Positions 13,401 to 25,266 of a DNA stretch of 64,000 bases are shown one piece after another (position 1 is the stretch's first letter; each line of letters begins with the position of its first letter). The notes beneath the pieces are model-generated. The model did not search any database and was not told the DNA's origin. It saw only the letters and a program-made list of their open reading frames with translations. Origin of the DNA: Yuukianura sp. NJ FZ-2021 (Eukaryota). The stretch covers positions 1,178,001 through 1,242,000 of the forward strand of contig CM102287.1 in assembly GCA_046563655.1 (NCBI GenBank), given 5' to 3'. The position numbers and the translations under genes are program-made.

Positions 13401-16400
13401 AAATAAAAGTAACGAGATGAGGGACGACACAGCAAGTGAAAGTTGGTTCCTGTAGCACTTTTTATGAGGATTTCAAAAATGTTGTTGCCTTTTACCCAGC
13501 ATCGTTCCGGAATGCATTTCTTTTGAATTCTCTGCTTTGACACATGAATTTTCATAAATAAAGGTAACAAGATGAGGGACGACACAGCAAGTGAAAGTGG
13601 GTTCCTGTAGCACTTTTTATGAGGATTTCAAAAATGTAATTTACTTTCTGTTCATTCTCACATTTGCATGTTCATTCTCACAAATTTAAGTCGTTTTGCG
13701 TCAAAATGGTGCTCGGCATTCCCCTGTGTGCCGTATTCCAACCCCAGATAAAATTCGAGGCGGAGCGATTTATCCCGACTTTTAAGTCCGCCCTATCCAG
13801 ATTTAATGGCGATCTATCCACACCAATGAAACTTGGGGTCCTGCAGTACGTTTCATAAGGATTTCAGAAAACTAACTCATTTTCACCCGGCATCGTTCCG
13901 CGCGGAGGTTTTTCGAATGTTTTGTTTAGAAACAAATTTTCATAAATAAAAGTAACGAGATGAGGGACGACACAGCAAGTGAAAGTTGGTTCCTGTAGCA
14001 CTTTTTATGAGGATTTCAAAAATGTTGTTGCCTTTTACCCAGCATCGTTCCGGAATGCATTTCTTTTGAATTCTCTGCTTTGACACATGAATTTTCATAA
14101 ATAAAGGTAACAAGATGAGGGACGACACAGCAAGTGAAAGTGGGTTCCTGTAGCCCTTTTTATGAGGATTTCAAAAATATAATTTACTTTCTGTTCATTC
14201 TCACAAATTTAAGTCGTTTTGCGTCAAAATGGTGCTCGGCATTCCCCTGGGTGCCGTATTCCAACCCCAGATAAAATTCGAGGCGGAGCGATTTATCCCG
14301 ACTTTTACGTCCGCCCTATCCAGATTTAATGGCGATCTATCCACACCAATGAAACTTGGGGTCCTGCAGTACGTTTCATAAGGATTTCAGAAAACTAACT
14401 CATTTTCACCCGGCATCGTTCCGCGCGGAGGTTTTTCGAATGTTTTGTTTTGAAACAAATTTTCATCAATAAAAGTAACGAGATGAGGGACGACACAGCA
14501 AGTGAAAGTGGGTTCCTGTAGCACTTTTTATGAGGATTTCAAAAATGTTGTTGCCTTTTACCCAGCATCGTTCCGGAATGCATTTCTTTTGAATTCTCTG
14601 CTTTGACACATGAATTTTCATAAATAAAGGTAACAATATGAGGGACGACACAGCAAGTGAAAGTGGGTTCCTGTAGCACTTTTTATGAGGATTTCAAAAA
14701 TGTAATTTACTTTCTGTTCATTCTCACATTTGCATGTTCATTCTCACAAATTTAAGTCGTTTTGCGTCAAAATGGTGCTCGGCATTCCCCTGTGTGCCGT
14801 ATTCCAACCCCAGATAAAATTCGAGGCGGAGCGATTTATCCCGACTTTTAAGTCCGCCCTATCCAGATTTAATGGCGATCTATCCACACCAATGAAACTT
14901 GGGGTCCTGCAGTACGTTTCATAAGGATTTCAGAAAACTAACTCATTTTCACCCGGCATCGTTCCGCGCGGAGGTTTTTCGAATGTTTTGTTTTGAAACA
15001 AATTTTCATAAATAAAAGTAACGAGGTGAGGGACGACACAGCAAGTGAAAGTGGGTTCCTGTAGCACTTTTTATGAGGATTTCAAAAATGTTGTTGCCTT
15101 TTACCCAGCATCGTTCCGGAATGCACTTCTTTTGAATTCTCTGCTTTGAAACATGAATTTTCATAAATAAAGGTAACAAGATGAGGGACGACACAGCAAG
15201 TGAAAGTGGGTTCCTGTAGCACTTTTTATGAGGATTTCAAAAATGTTGTTGCCTTTTACCCAGCATCGTTCCGGAATGCACTTCTTTTGAATTCTCTGCT
15301 TTGAAACATGAATTTTCATAAATAAAGGTAACAAGATGAGGGACGACACAGCAAGTGAAAGTGGGTTCCTGTAGCACTTTTTATGAGGATTTCAAAAATG
15401 TAGTTGACTTTTACCCAGCATCGTTCCGGAATGCATTTCTTTTGAATTCTCTGTTTTGAAACATGAATTTTCATAAATAAAAATAACAAGATGAGGGACG
15501 ACACAGCAAGTGAAAGTGGGTTCCTGTAGCCCTTTTTATGAGGATTTCAAAAATATAATTTACTTTCTGTTCATTCTCACATTTGCATGTTCATTCTCAC
15601 AAATTTAAGTCGTTTTGCGTCAAAATGGTGCTCGGCATTCCCCTGGGTGCCGTATTCCAACCCCAGATAAAATTCGAGGCGGAGCGATTTATCCCGACTT
15701 TTAAGTCCGCCCTATCCAGATTTAATGGCGATCTATCCACACCAATGAAACTTGGGGTCCTGCAGTACGTTTCATAAGGATTTCAGAAAACTAACTCATT
15801 TTCACCCGGCATCGTTCCGCGCGGAGGTTTTTCGAATGTTTTGTTTTGAAACAAATTTTCATAAATAAAAGTAACGAGATGAGGGACGACACAGCAAGTG
15901 AAAGTGGGTTCCTGTAGCACTTTTTATGAGGATTTCAAAAATGTTGTTGCCTTTTACCCAGCATCGTTCCGGAATGCATTTCTTTTGAATTCTCTGCTTT
16001 GAAACATGAATTTTCATAAATAAAGGTAACAAGATGAGGGACGACACAGCAAGTGAAAGTGGGTTCCTGTAGCCCTTTTTATGAGGATTTCAAAAATATA
16101 ATTTACTTTCTGTTCATTCTCACATTTGCATGTTCATTCTCACAAATTTAAGTCGTTTTGCGTCAAAATGGTGCTCGGCATTCCCCTGGGTGCCGTATTC
16201 CAACCCCAGATAAAATTCGAGGCGGAGCGATTTATCCCGACTTTTACGTCCGCCCTATCCAGATTTAATGGCGATCTATCCACACCAATGAAACTTGGGG
16301 TCCTGCAGTACGTTTCATAAGGATTTCAGAAAACTAACTCATTTTCACCCGGCATCGTTCCGCGCGGAGGTTTTTCGAATGTTTTGTTTTGAAACAAATT

Positions 16401-19400
16401 TTCATAAATAAAAGTAACGAGATGAGGGACGACACAGCAAGTGAAAGTGGGTTCCTGTAGCACTTTTTATGAGGATTTCAAAAATGTTGTTGCCTTTTAC
16501 CCAGCATCGTTCCGGAATGCATTTCTTTTGAATTCTCTGCTTTGAAACATGAATTTTCATAAATAAAGGTAACAAGATGAGGGACGACACAGCAAGTGAA
16601 AGTGGGTTCCTGTAGCCCTTTTTATGAGGATTTCAAAAATATAATTTACTTTCTGTTCATTCTCACATTTGCATGTTCATTCTCACAAATTTAAGTCGTT
16701 TTGCGTCAAAATGGTGCTCGGCATTCCCCTGGGTGCCGTATTCCAACCCCAGATAAAATTCGAGGCGGAGCGATTTATCCCGACTTTTACGTCCGCCCTA
16801 TCCAGATTTAATGGCGATCTATCCACACCAATGAAACTTGGGGTCCTGCAGTACGTTTCATAAGGATTTCAGAAAACTAACTCATTTTCACCCGGCATCG
16901 TTCCGCGCGGAGGTTTTTCGAATGTTTTGTTTTGAAACAAATTTTCATAAATAAAAGTAACGAGATGAGGGACGACACAGCAAGTGAAAGTGGGTTCCTG
17001 TAGCACTTTTTATGAGGATTTCAAAAATGTTGTTGCCTTTTACCCAGCATCGTTCCGGAATGCATTTCTTTTGAATTCTCTGCTTTGACACATGAATTTT
17101 CATAAATAAAGGTAACAAGATGAGGGACGACACAGCAAGTGAAAGTGGGTTCCTGTAGCCCTTTTTATGAGGATTTCAAAAATATAATTTACTTTCTGTT
17201 CATTCTCACATTTGCATGTTCATTCTCACAAATTTAAGTCGTTTTGCGTCAAAATGGTGCTCGGCATTCCCCTGGGTGCCGTATTCCAACCCCAGATAAA
17301 ATTCGAGGCGGAGCGATTTATCCCGACTTTTACGTCCGCCCTATCCAGATTTAATGGCAATCTATCCACACCAATGAAACTTGGGGTCCTGCAGTACGTT
17401 TCATAAGGATTTCAGAAAACTAACTCATTTTCACCCGGCATCGTTCCGCGCGGAGGTTTTTCGAATGTTTTGTTTTGAAACAAATTTTCATAAATAAAAG
17501 TAACGAGATGAGGGACGACACAGCAAGTGAAAGTGGGTTCCTGTAGCCCTTTTTATGAGGATTTCAAAAATATAATTTACTTTCTGTTCATTCTCACATT
17601 TGCATGTTCATTCTCACAAATTTAAGTCGTTTTGCGTCAAAATGGTGCTCGGCATTCCCCTGGGTGCCGTATTCCAACCCCAGATAAAATTCGAGGCGGA
17701 GCGATTTATCCCGACTTTTAAGTCCGCCCTATCCAGATTTAATGGCGATCTATCCACACCAATGAAACTTGGGGTCCTGCAGTACGTTTCATAAGGATTT
17801 CAGAAAACTAACTCATTTTCACCCGGCATCGTTCCGCGCGGAGGTTTTTCGAATGTTTTGTTTTGAAACAAATTTTCATAAATAAAAGTAACGAGATGAG
17901 GGACGACACAGCAAGTGAAAGTGGGTTCCTGTAGCCCTTTTTATGAGGATTTCAAAAATATAATTTACTTTCTGTTCATTCTCACATTTGCATGTTCATT
18001 CTCCCAAATTTAAGTCGTTTTGCGTCAAAATGGTGCTCGGCATTCCCCTGTGTGCCGTATTCCAACCCCAGATAAAATTCGAGGCGGAGCGATTTATCCC
18101 GACTTTTAAGTCCGCCCTATCCAGATTTAATGGCGATCTATCCACACCAATGAAACTTGGGGTCCTGCAGTACGTTTCATAAGGATTTCAGAAAACTAAC
18201 TCATTTTCACCCGGCATCGTTCCGCGCGGAGGTTTTTCGAATGTTTTGTTTTGAAACAAATTTTCATAAATAAAAGTAACGAGATGAGGGACGACACAGC
18301 AAGTGAAAGTGGGTTCCTGTAGCACTTTTTATGAGGATTTCAAAAATGTTGTTGCCTTTTACCCAGCATCGTTCCGGAATGCATTTCTTTTGAATTCTCT
18401 GCTTTGAAACATGAATTTTCATAAATATAGGTAACAAGATGAGGGACGACACAGCAAGTGAAAGTGGGTTCCTGTAGCACTTTTTATGAGGATTTCAAAA
18501 ATGTAGTTGACTTTTACCCAGCATCGTTCCGGAATGCATTTCTTTTGAATTCTCTGTTTTGAAACATGAATTTTCATAAATAAAGGTAACAAGATGAGTG
18601 ACGACACAGCAAGTGAAAGTGGGTTCCTGTAGCCCTTTTTATGAGGATTTCAAAAATATAATTTACTTTCTGTTCATTCTCACATTTGCATGTTCATTCT
18701 CACAAATTTAAGTCGTTTTGCGTCAAAATGGTGCTCGGCATACCCCTGGGTGCCGTATTCCAACCCCAGATAAAACTCGAGGCGGAGCGATTTATCCCGA
18801 CTTTTAAGTCCGCCCTATCCAGATTTAATGGCGATCTATCCACACCAATGAGACTTGGGGTCCTGCAGTACGTTTCATAAGGATTTCAGAAAACTAACTC
18901 ATTTTCACCCGGCATCGTTCCGCGCGGAGGTTTTTCGAATGTATTGTTTTGAAACAAATTTTCATAAATAAAAGTAACGAGATGAGGGACGACACAGCAA
19001 GTGAAAGTGGGTTCCTGTAGCCCTTTTTATGAGGATTTCAAAAATGTAATTTACTTTCTGTTCATTCTCACAGTTGCGTGTTCATTCTCACAAATTTAAG
19101 TCGTTTTGCGTCAAAATGGTGCTCGGCATTCCCCTGGGTGCCGTATACCAACCCCAGATAAAATTCGAGGCGGAGCGATTTATCCCGACTTTTAAGTCCG
19201 CCCTATCCAGATTTAATTGCGATCTATCCACACCAATGAAACTTGGGGTTCTGCAGTACGTTTCATAAGGATTTCAGAAAACTAACTCATTTTCACCCGG
19301 CATCGTTCCGCGCGGAGGTTTTTCGAATGTTTTGTTTTGAAACAAATTTTCATAAATAAAAGTAACGAGATGAGGGACGACACAGCAAGTGAAAGTGGGT

Positions 19401-21211
19401 TCCTGTAGCCCTTTTTATGAGGATTTCAAAAATGTAATTTACTTTCTGTTCATTCTCACACTTGCATGTACATTCTCACGAATTTAAGTCGTTTTGCGTC
19501 AAAATGGTGCTCGGCATTCCCCTGGGTGCCGTATTCCAACCCGTGATAAAATTCGAGGCGGAGCGATTTATCCCGACTTTTAAGTCCGCCCTATCCAGAT
19601 TTAATGGCGATCTATCCACACCAATGAAACTTGGGGTTCTGCAGTACGTTTCATAAGGATTTCAGAAAACTAACTCATTGTCACCCGGCATCGTTCCGCG
19701 CGGAGGTTTTTCGAATGTTTTGTTTTGAAACAAATTTTCATAAATAAAAGCAACGAGATGAGGGACGACACAGCAAGTGAAAGTGGGTTCCTGTAGCACT
19801 TTTTATGAGGATTTCAAAAATATAATTTACTTTCTGTTCATTCTCACATTTGCATGTTCATTCTCACAAATTTAAGTCGTTTTGCGTCAAAATGGTGCTC
19901 GGCATTCCCCTGGGTGCCGTATTCCAACCCCACATAAAATTCGAGGCGGAGCGATTTATCCCGACTTTTAAGTCCGCCCTATCCAGATTTGTATGTATGT
20001 ATGTTTTTCAGGAGGGGGCTAAGCCGAGGCTTAACTCGCACCGATGAGGCGCACTTAGACGGGCCTATTTCAGTAACTCCATTAGGGACATACTGTTTGA
20101 GTTCGGGCTGCCTTTAACCGGTTATCATTTCTTTCACTGGGTATTCAGCAGTCTGAGAGGGGAAGGATACCCACAAACTCCTCCACCTCGAGCTTCTGGC
20201 TTTTCGTATTTAAATTATCTTATTTCTCATAAGACAGACGAATTGCCTCCGCTCATCAACATATTATAATCTTGCGAGGGACTGCTGCCTTGCATACTAT
20301 TACTTGACGCGGCAGGACGACGGATCGAATCCATCTCCCTGCGTTGACTTTTTCATAGGCTTAGCATACAATCTCAGGTAGACAGTGGAAAAGGATGGGA
20401 GCCTTAACCACTGAGCTACTCGCCCGCCTCCTATCCAGATTTAATGGCGATCTATCCACACCAATGAAACTTGGGGTCCTGCAGTACGTTTCATAAGGAT
20501 TTCAGAAAACTAACTCATTTTCACCCGGCATCGTTCCGCGCGGAGGTTTTTCGAATGTTCTGTTTTGAAACAAATTTTCATAAATAAAAGTAACGAGATG
20601 AGGGACGGTACAGCAAGTGAAAGTGGGTTCCTGTAGCACTTTTTATGAGGATTTCAAAAATGTTGTTGCCTTTTACCCAGCATCGTTCCGGAATGCATTT
20701 CTTTTGAATTCTCTGCTTTGAAACATGAATTTTCATAAATAAAGGTAACAAGATGAGGGACGATACAGCAAGTGAAAGTGGGTTCCTGTAGCACTTTTTA
20801 TGAGGATTTCAAAAATGTTGTTGCCTTTTACCCAGCATCGTTCCGGAATGCATTTCTTTTGAATTCTCTGCTTTGAAACATGAATTTTCATAAATAAAGG
20901 TAACAAGATGAGGGACGACACAGCAAGTGAAAGTGGGTTCCTGTAGCACTTTTTATGAGGATTTCAAAAATGTTGTTGCCTTTTACCCAGCATCGTTCCG
21001 GAATGCATTTCTTTTGAATTCTCTGCTTTGAAACATGAATTTTCATAAATAAAGGTAACAAGATGAGGGACGACACAGCAAGTGAAAGTGGGTTCCTGTA
21101 GCCCTTTTTATGAGGATTTCAAAAATATAATTTACTTTCTGTTCATTCTCACATTTGCATGTTCATTCTCACAAATTTAAGTCGTTTTGCGTCAAAATGG
21201 TGCTCGGCATT
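1426..21211 (+). repeat. Satellite DNA array, left block (388-bp unit plus a variable number of 155-bp monomers), interrupted by a SINE
   Basis: Unit spacings of 388, 543, 698 and 853 bp are read from repeated landmarks (e.g. 1875, 2418, 2806, 3504). The copies are nearly identical. Confidence 0.98.
19991..20429 (-). mobile_element. tRNA-derived SINE inserted in the satellite
   Basis: 13-bp TSD CCTATCCAGATTT at 19978-19990 and 20430-20442. On the minus strand there is an A box TAGCTCAGTGG (20418-20408), a B-box-like GGATTCGATCC (20332-20322) and a 3' (CATA)n tail at 19991-20004. Confidence 0.88.
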
Positions 21212-21346
21212 TGATGAGTGAGCTAAGCCACTTCTACCCCGCTTAAGTCTCAAGTCACCCCAGGTATTGTGTGTCGAATTGACTTTTTGACAGAGAATGT
21301 AATACATCTTTATGTCATTCAGCCGTTTCTGGTGTGATGTCAAAAG
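21212..21346 (+). repeat. Left terminal inverted repeat of the Polinton
   Basis: 21212-21283 is the reverse complement of 36312-36376 except for a 7-bp extra TCAAGTC. Imperfect similarity continues to about 135 bp. Confidence 0.93.
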
Positions 21347-21374
21347 GAAAATCACCGCGTCTCCATTTAAACAT

Positions 21375-21692
21375 AAAAAAAGTTAGGTTCGTACTCTATT
21401 TAAACTCTTCGCATAATCAAGCATGCTTCTCTCACGGCTGCCTCAACTTGTAGTCCGCCGCTCTCTAAGTCATTGTATCATTCCACCTTTTCCAGAATGG
21501 TGGAAATGGAACAATGACTTAGAGAGCCGCGGACTACAAGTTGAGGCAACCGTGAGAGAAGAATGCTTGACTATACGAAGAGTTTAAATAGAGTACGAAC
21601 CTAACTTTTTTAATTTTTTTACTGCTCCTGGGAATCGACCCCAGGCTTCCTCGATTTGATTCCATCACCCTATCGTTTGCGCTAATGCACTT
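21375..21692 (-). ncRNA. Candidate Pol III transcript: degenerate tRNA-like head followed by a long hairpin
   Basis: Minus-strand A-box-like TAGCGCAAACG starts at 21684. A T-arm CCTGGG-GTCGATT-CCCAGG contains a B-box-like motif starting at 21641. An inverted repeat spans 21376-21611. The first T-run of 4 or more on this strand is T7 at 21381-21375. Transcription is inferred. Confidence 0.5.
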
Positions 21693-21927
21693 ACCATTGT
21701 TTAATTCAAAGTGAATTTGATATATACTCCGAAATAATCAAAATGTTATTATAAAACAAGGGTTTAAACATAAACGTTTTTAACATTAGAAACTGTTTAC
21801 ATCTTAAAAGCTCAGCTTAAATTCCTTTCCGGTTAGTCAATTGTGCACTTAATAGTGATATTAATCATAGCTCCAAATTTAGCTCTCAGTTATCTTTCTT
21901 AAGTCAAACTGAAAACATCTATCTACA

Positions 21928-22406
21928 ATGCGGCAGAGGTACGTGTTTAATCACGAACATTACTACAACACTTTGAGGGACCAAATTGGCAATGGAATGC
22001 CTGTGTTTCATGGGGTACGTCAAAGAGGGGTGGGATTGGTTACATCCTAGGCGGGATTGCCAAGTACGCATTGCCAATCATCATGAAGTGGATTTTGCCT
22101 CGCGCAAAGGAAGCTGCAGTTAAAACTGTGAGTGGCATTGCGGGAGGACGCCAGTCGGTAAAGAAAGCTTTGAAAGAAAACAGCGTTGGATTTTTGAAGA
22201 ACGTCGGCTCGGATCTTTTGAATTCAGTAGTGGGAAGTCAAACCGGAAACGGTGTTCGAAATAAACAGAAGCGGACGTACACGAAGAGGAAACCCGCGAA
22301 ACTAAGGAAGCAAGTCTCTGCAAACAAGGTTAAGAAATCCAAATCGAAAGTCTCAAAAAACGAAAAGCGAAACCAAATCCAACAAAGACGAAGAGAACCA
22401 AATTAG
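21928..22406 (+). CDS. Polinton small virion protein with amphipathic Gly-rich helix and basic tail (cupiennin/pVI-like); 1-nt frameshift near 22028
   Basis: The ATG at 21928 gives MRQRYVFNHEHYYNTLRDQIGNGMPVFHGVRQRG. The next frame continues GIGYILGGIAKYALP into the 22071 ORF. The QxGxG...QRGxGIG pattern resembles a conserved Maverick gene (recognised from memory). Confidence 0.65.
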
Positions 22407-22419
22407 ATATTTTTGCATA

Positions 22420-23721
22420 ATGTCTTTGCTGCATTCCCGGTCTAAACCGGCTATTCGTGGAGAAGTCGACCTATTTTCAATCCCAGCAACAGATACGACG
22501 TGTGACTACAGTATGTACGAAGAGTATCAGCCAGTTGTGAACGTTCAGGACGCTTCAAACAAAATCGAATTTAAGATTCCTGGGAATAGTAACCATTACC
22601 TGGATTTGACAGACAGCTTCCTGCGGATCAAGCTAAAAGTGACGCAGAAGACCGGAGATAACCTAGGAACGGATTCCACAGTTGGAACTGTGAATTTATT
22701 TATGCATGCCCTCTTCTCACAACTGGACATATATTTTAATGAAAAACTTGTGTCCACAAGCAATAATGGCTACTCATATCGGGCGTACATAGAAACATTG
22801 CTTTGCTACGGAAAAGACTACAAAACCTCCCAGGGTGGATGTGCTTTGTACTATGAAGACACAGTTGGTGGAATTGCAGACTCGACAAACCTAGGATGGG
22901 AGAAACGAAAAAGCTACATCAACGAATCGAAAGACTTGGAGCTAATCGACAAATTGAGATTTAACCTAGCTAATCAACATCGATACATATTGAATGACGT
23001 GAACGTTCGCATTTGTCTCACACGATCTTCCGATGCATTTGCCCTTTTTTCAAAGAAGAAGGGTGAGGATGGAGTAATCAAGTTCTTATCGGCAACATAC
23101 TACATCCGAAAACAACTGCCTTTTCCTAGCATTATATTGGCTCATCAGAGACTTTTAGAAAAAGGCGAAATTGCTCAATACCCATTTAAGTCCACTGAAG
23201 TGAAATACTTTACCATTGCTCAAGGAAATTCGTCTGCCCTCGAAGAAAACCTTTTTGCAAATACTGTGCCAAGTCGTATCATAATTGGATTTGTGGATAG
23301 CTTGGCGTTCAACGGAGATTTCAATTCAAATCCGTTTCGTTTCCACAATTACAACATTAAGTCCATTTCGATTTCAGTCAACAATGTGTCTATACCAATT
23401 AGACCGTTGTCCTTGGACTTTCCAAATAACGAATGGCTTTTGGCATACTATCTTTTATTTACGAGCACAGGAATAGCTGGGCACGATGTTGGACTGTCTT
23501 TTGGGCGAGACGACTACAAAGAGAGCAATGCCCTATTTACATTTGATATTCTTCAACCCACTGGGAACGAGGCACTCCTTCATTTGGAAAAATCTGGGAG
23601 CGTGAAAATTGAAGTTCAGTTTAGCAGGGCGCTAGAAAAATCAGTGCACTGTGTTATTCTGTCTGAACAACAAGGGGTTTTGGAGATTGACAAGTACCGA
23701 CAAGCAGTTGTGGCACAATGA
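22420..23721 (+). CDS. Polinton major capsid protein (double jelly-roll, PY/hexon-like)
   Basis: Intact 433-aa ORF. Motifs EVDLFSIP, YLDLTDS, LFSQLDIYFN, YSYRAYIETLL and FNGDFNSNPFRF match the Maverick major capsid pattern, and the gene lies next to the protease. Confidence 0.85.
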   Translation: MSLLHSRSKPAIRGEVDLFSIPATDTTCDYSMYEEYQPVVNVQDASNKIEFKIPGNSNHYLDLTDSFLRIKLKVTQKTGDNLGTDSTVGTVNLFMHALFSQLDIYFNEKLVSTSNNGYSYRAYIETLLCYGKDYKTSQGGCALYYEDTVGGIADSTNLGWEKRKSYINESKDLELIDKLRFNLANQHRYILNDVNVRICLTRSSDAFALFSKKKGEDGVIKFLSATYYIRKQLPFPSIILAHQRLLEKGEIAQYPFKSTEVKYFTIAQGNSSALEENLFANTVPSRIIIGFVDSLAFNGDFNSNPFRFHNYNIKSISISVNNVSIPIRPLSLDFPNNEWLLAYYLLFTSTGIAGHDVGLSFGRDDYKESNALFTFDILQPTGNEALLHLEKSGSVKIEVQFSRALEKSVHCVILSEQQGVLEIDKYRQAVVAQ

Positions 23722-24268
23722 ATACCACCGAAATCATGGAGATACTGGATAGGAGCATCAACGGATCATACCAAACTGCAGTTCTACCGTCCGACAAATT
23801 AAACGTTATTACTTCGGATCAGTTCGCAGTCGTAGCAAATTCCCAAACTTCCAAGGAACCAGGAATGCATTGGATCGGCATGTTCAAAAAACGAGGAGGT
23901 AGGGAAGTTGAATTCTTCGACAGCTGTGCAATGCCGATTCACTTTTACAATCCTAGCTTTGTAAATTTTCTTTACTCCAAATCCGACGTCATAAGGATGA
24001 GCAGCCTTAGAGTTCAGCCGGAGCATAGCGATGCTTGTGGACAGTTCGCGCTATACTACTTGATACACAGAGTCAAGGGAGAATCATTCGAAAAATTCTG
24101 AGCAGGTTCGACGAATTTGATCTAAATGTAAACGACAACATTGTTAGAGACTTCGCGGCAATTAACTTACATTACGATAATACATGCTTCAGGGGTGACT
24201 CCCAAAACTTAGAAGTAACCAGAATCATTCAGTGTTGTGAGATTTTAGAAGTTCTACTCAACATGTAA
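23718..24268 (+). CDS. Adenain-like (C5 family) cysteine protease; 1-nt frameshift in an A-run at ~24091-24095
   Basis: His (PGMHW), Asp (EFFDS), Gln and Cys (SDACGQF) catalytic pattern. The C-terminus ILSRFDEFDLNVNDNIVRDF continues in another frame. Confidence 0.88.
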
Positions 24269-24335
24269 GTTTCGGTTCCTACAAGTGTATATATTTAACG
24301 TGACCAAATTGTACATTCATTCTAATCTTATTAAA

Positions 24336-25265
24336 ATGAAATCTCAAGTTGCGAAAGCATACAAGAACATCGGAAGTTCTACTTATTTGGGGGGCAAGAA
24401 ACATTTAAGTAAGTTAAACGGTATTTCTGATTCTACAGCATTGAAATTCTTACAAACTCAAGACTCATACACGCGCCATAAGAGTCGGAGGTGCAAATTT
24501 CGCAGGAGACGGGTAACATCACCAGGTATAAACTACCTATGGCAGGCTGATATTGTTTTTTTGCCAAAGTACACTGAAGAAAACGATGGCTATTCTTGTC
24601 TTTTAACCGCAATTGATGTCCTGTCAAAGTATGCATTTGCTGTGCCAATGAAATCAAAGAAAACTAGCGAAGTTATTCAAGCATTTAAGCGGATCATCTC
24701 TTCAGGGAAAGGAAAACCTGTAACACTAGAATGCGATCAAGGTTTAGAATTTTGGTCAGCTACATTCCAGAAGTGGGCAAAGTCTCTTGGCATATTGATG
24801 TACCATAACTTTTCAGACTTTGGTTCATCCGTTATTGAACGGTTTAACCGAACAATATGCACAGCTATCTCAAGACATCTTACTGAAAGTGGTCAAGCGA
24901 GATACATTGAAGCCCTGCCTTTTCTTATAAAGACTTATAACAGTAAAATACATTCGCGAACGAAAGTGGCGCCATGCGACGTTAACAAATACAATGAAAT
25001 GGACGTATGGTTGGAATCTTATAAGGACTTGTATTCAAAACCTAAATCAAAAGCTACTCTTAAACTGTACGACCGCGTTCGCCTAGATAAAACGAAACAC
25101 ATATTTGGCAAAGGTTATTGGCCTGCTTTTACGAGCGAAATTTTCGAAGTTTGTGAAGTCATCAATTCCATTCCTGTGACGTATCGTGTCAGGGATCTCT
25201 CTGGTGAGCAAATTTCTGGCATCTATTACAGTCAAGACCTCAGCAAGATAAGTTTAAAAGTGTAA
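24336..25265 (+). CDS. Retroviral-like (rve) DDE integrase of the Polinton
   Basis: WQADIVFL, LECDQGLEF and SVIERFNRTI give the D-D-E triad. YNSKIHSRTKVAP is also present. The first ATG is at 24336. Confidence 0.95.
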   Translation: MKSQVAKAYKNIGSSTYLGGKKHLSKLNGISDSTALKFLQTQDSYTRHKSRRCKFRRRRVTSPGINYLWQADIVFLPKYTEENDGYSCLLTAIDVLSKYAFAVPMKSKKTSEVIQAFKRIISSGKGKPVTLECDQGLEFWSATFQKWAKSLGILMYHNFSDFGSSVIERFNRTICTAISRHLTESGQARYIEALPFLIKTYNSKIHSRTKVAPCDVNKYNEMDVWLESYKDLYSKPKSKATLKLYDRVRLDKTKHIFGKGYWPAFTSEIFEVCEVINSIPVTYRVRDLSGEQISGIYYSQDLSKISLKV

Positions 25266-25266
25266 A

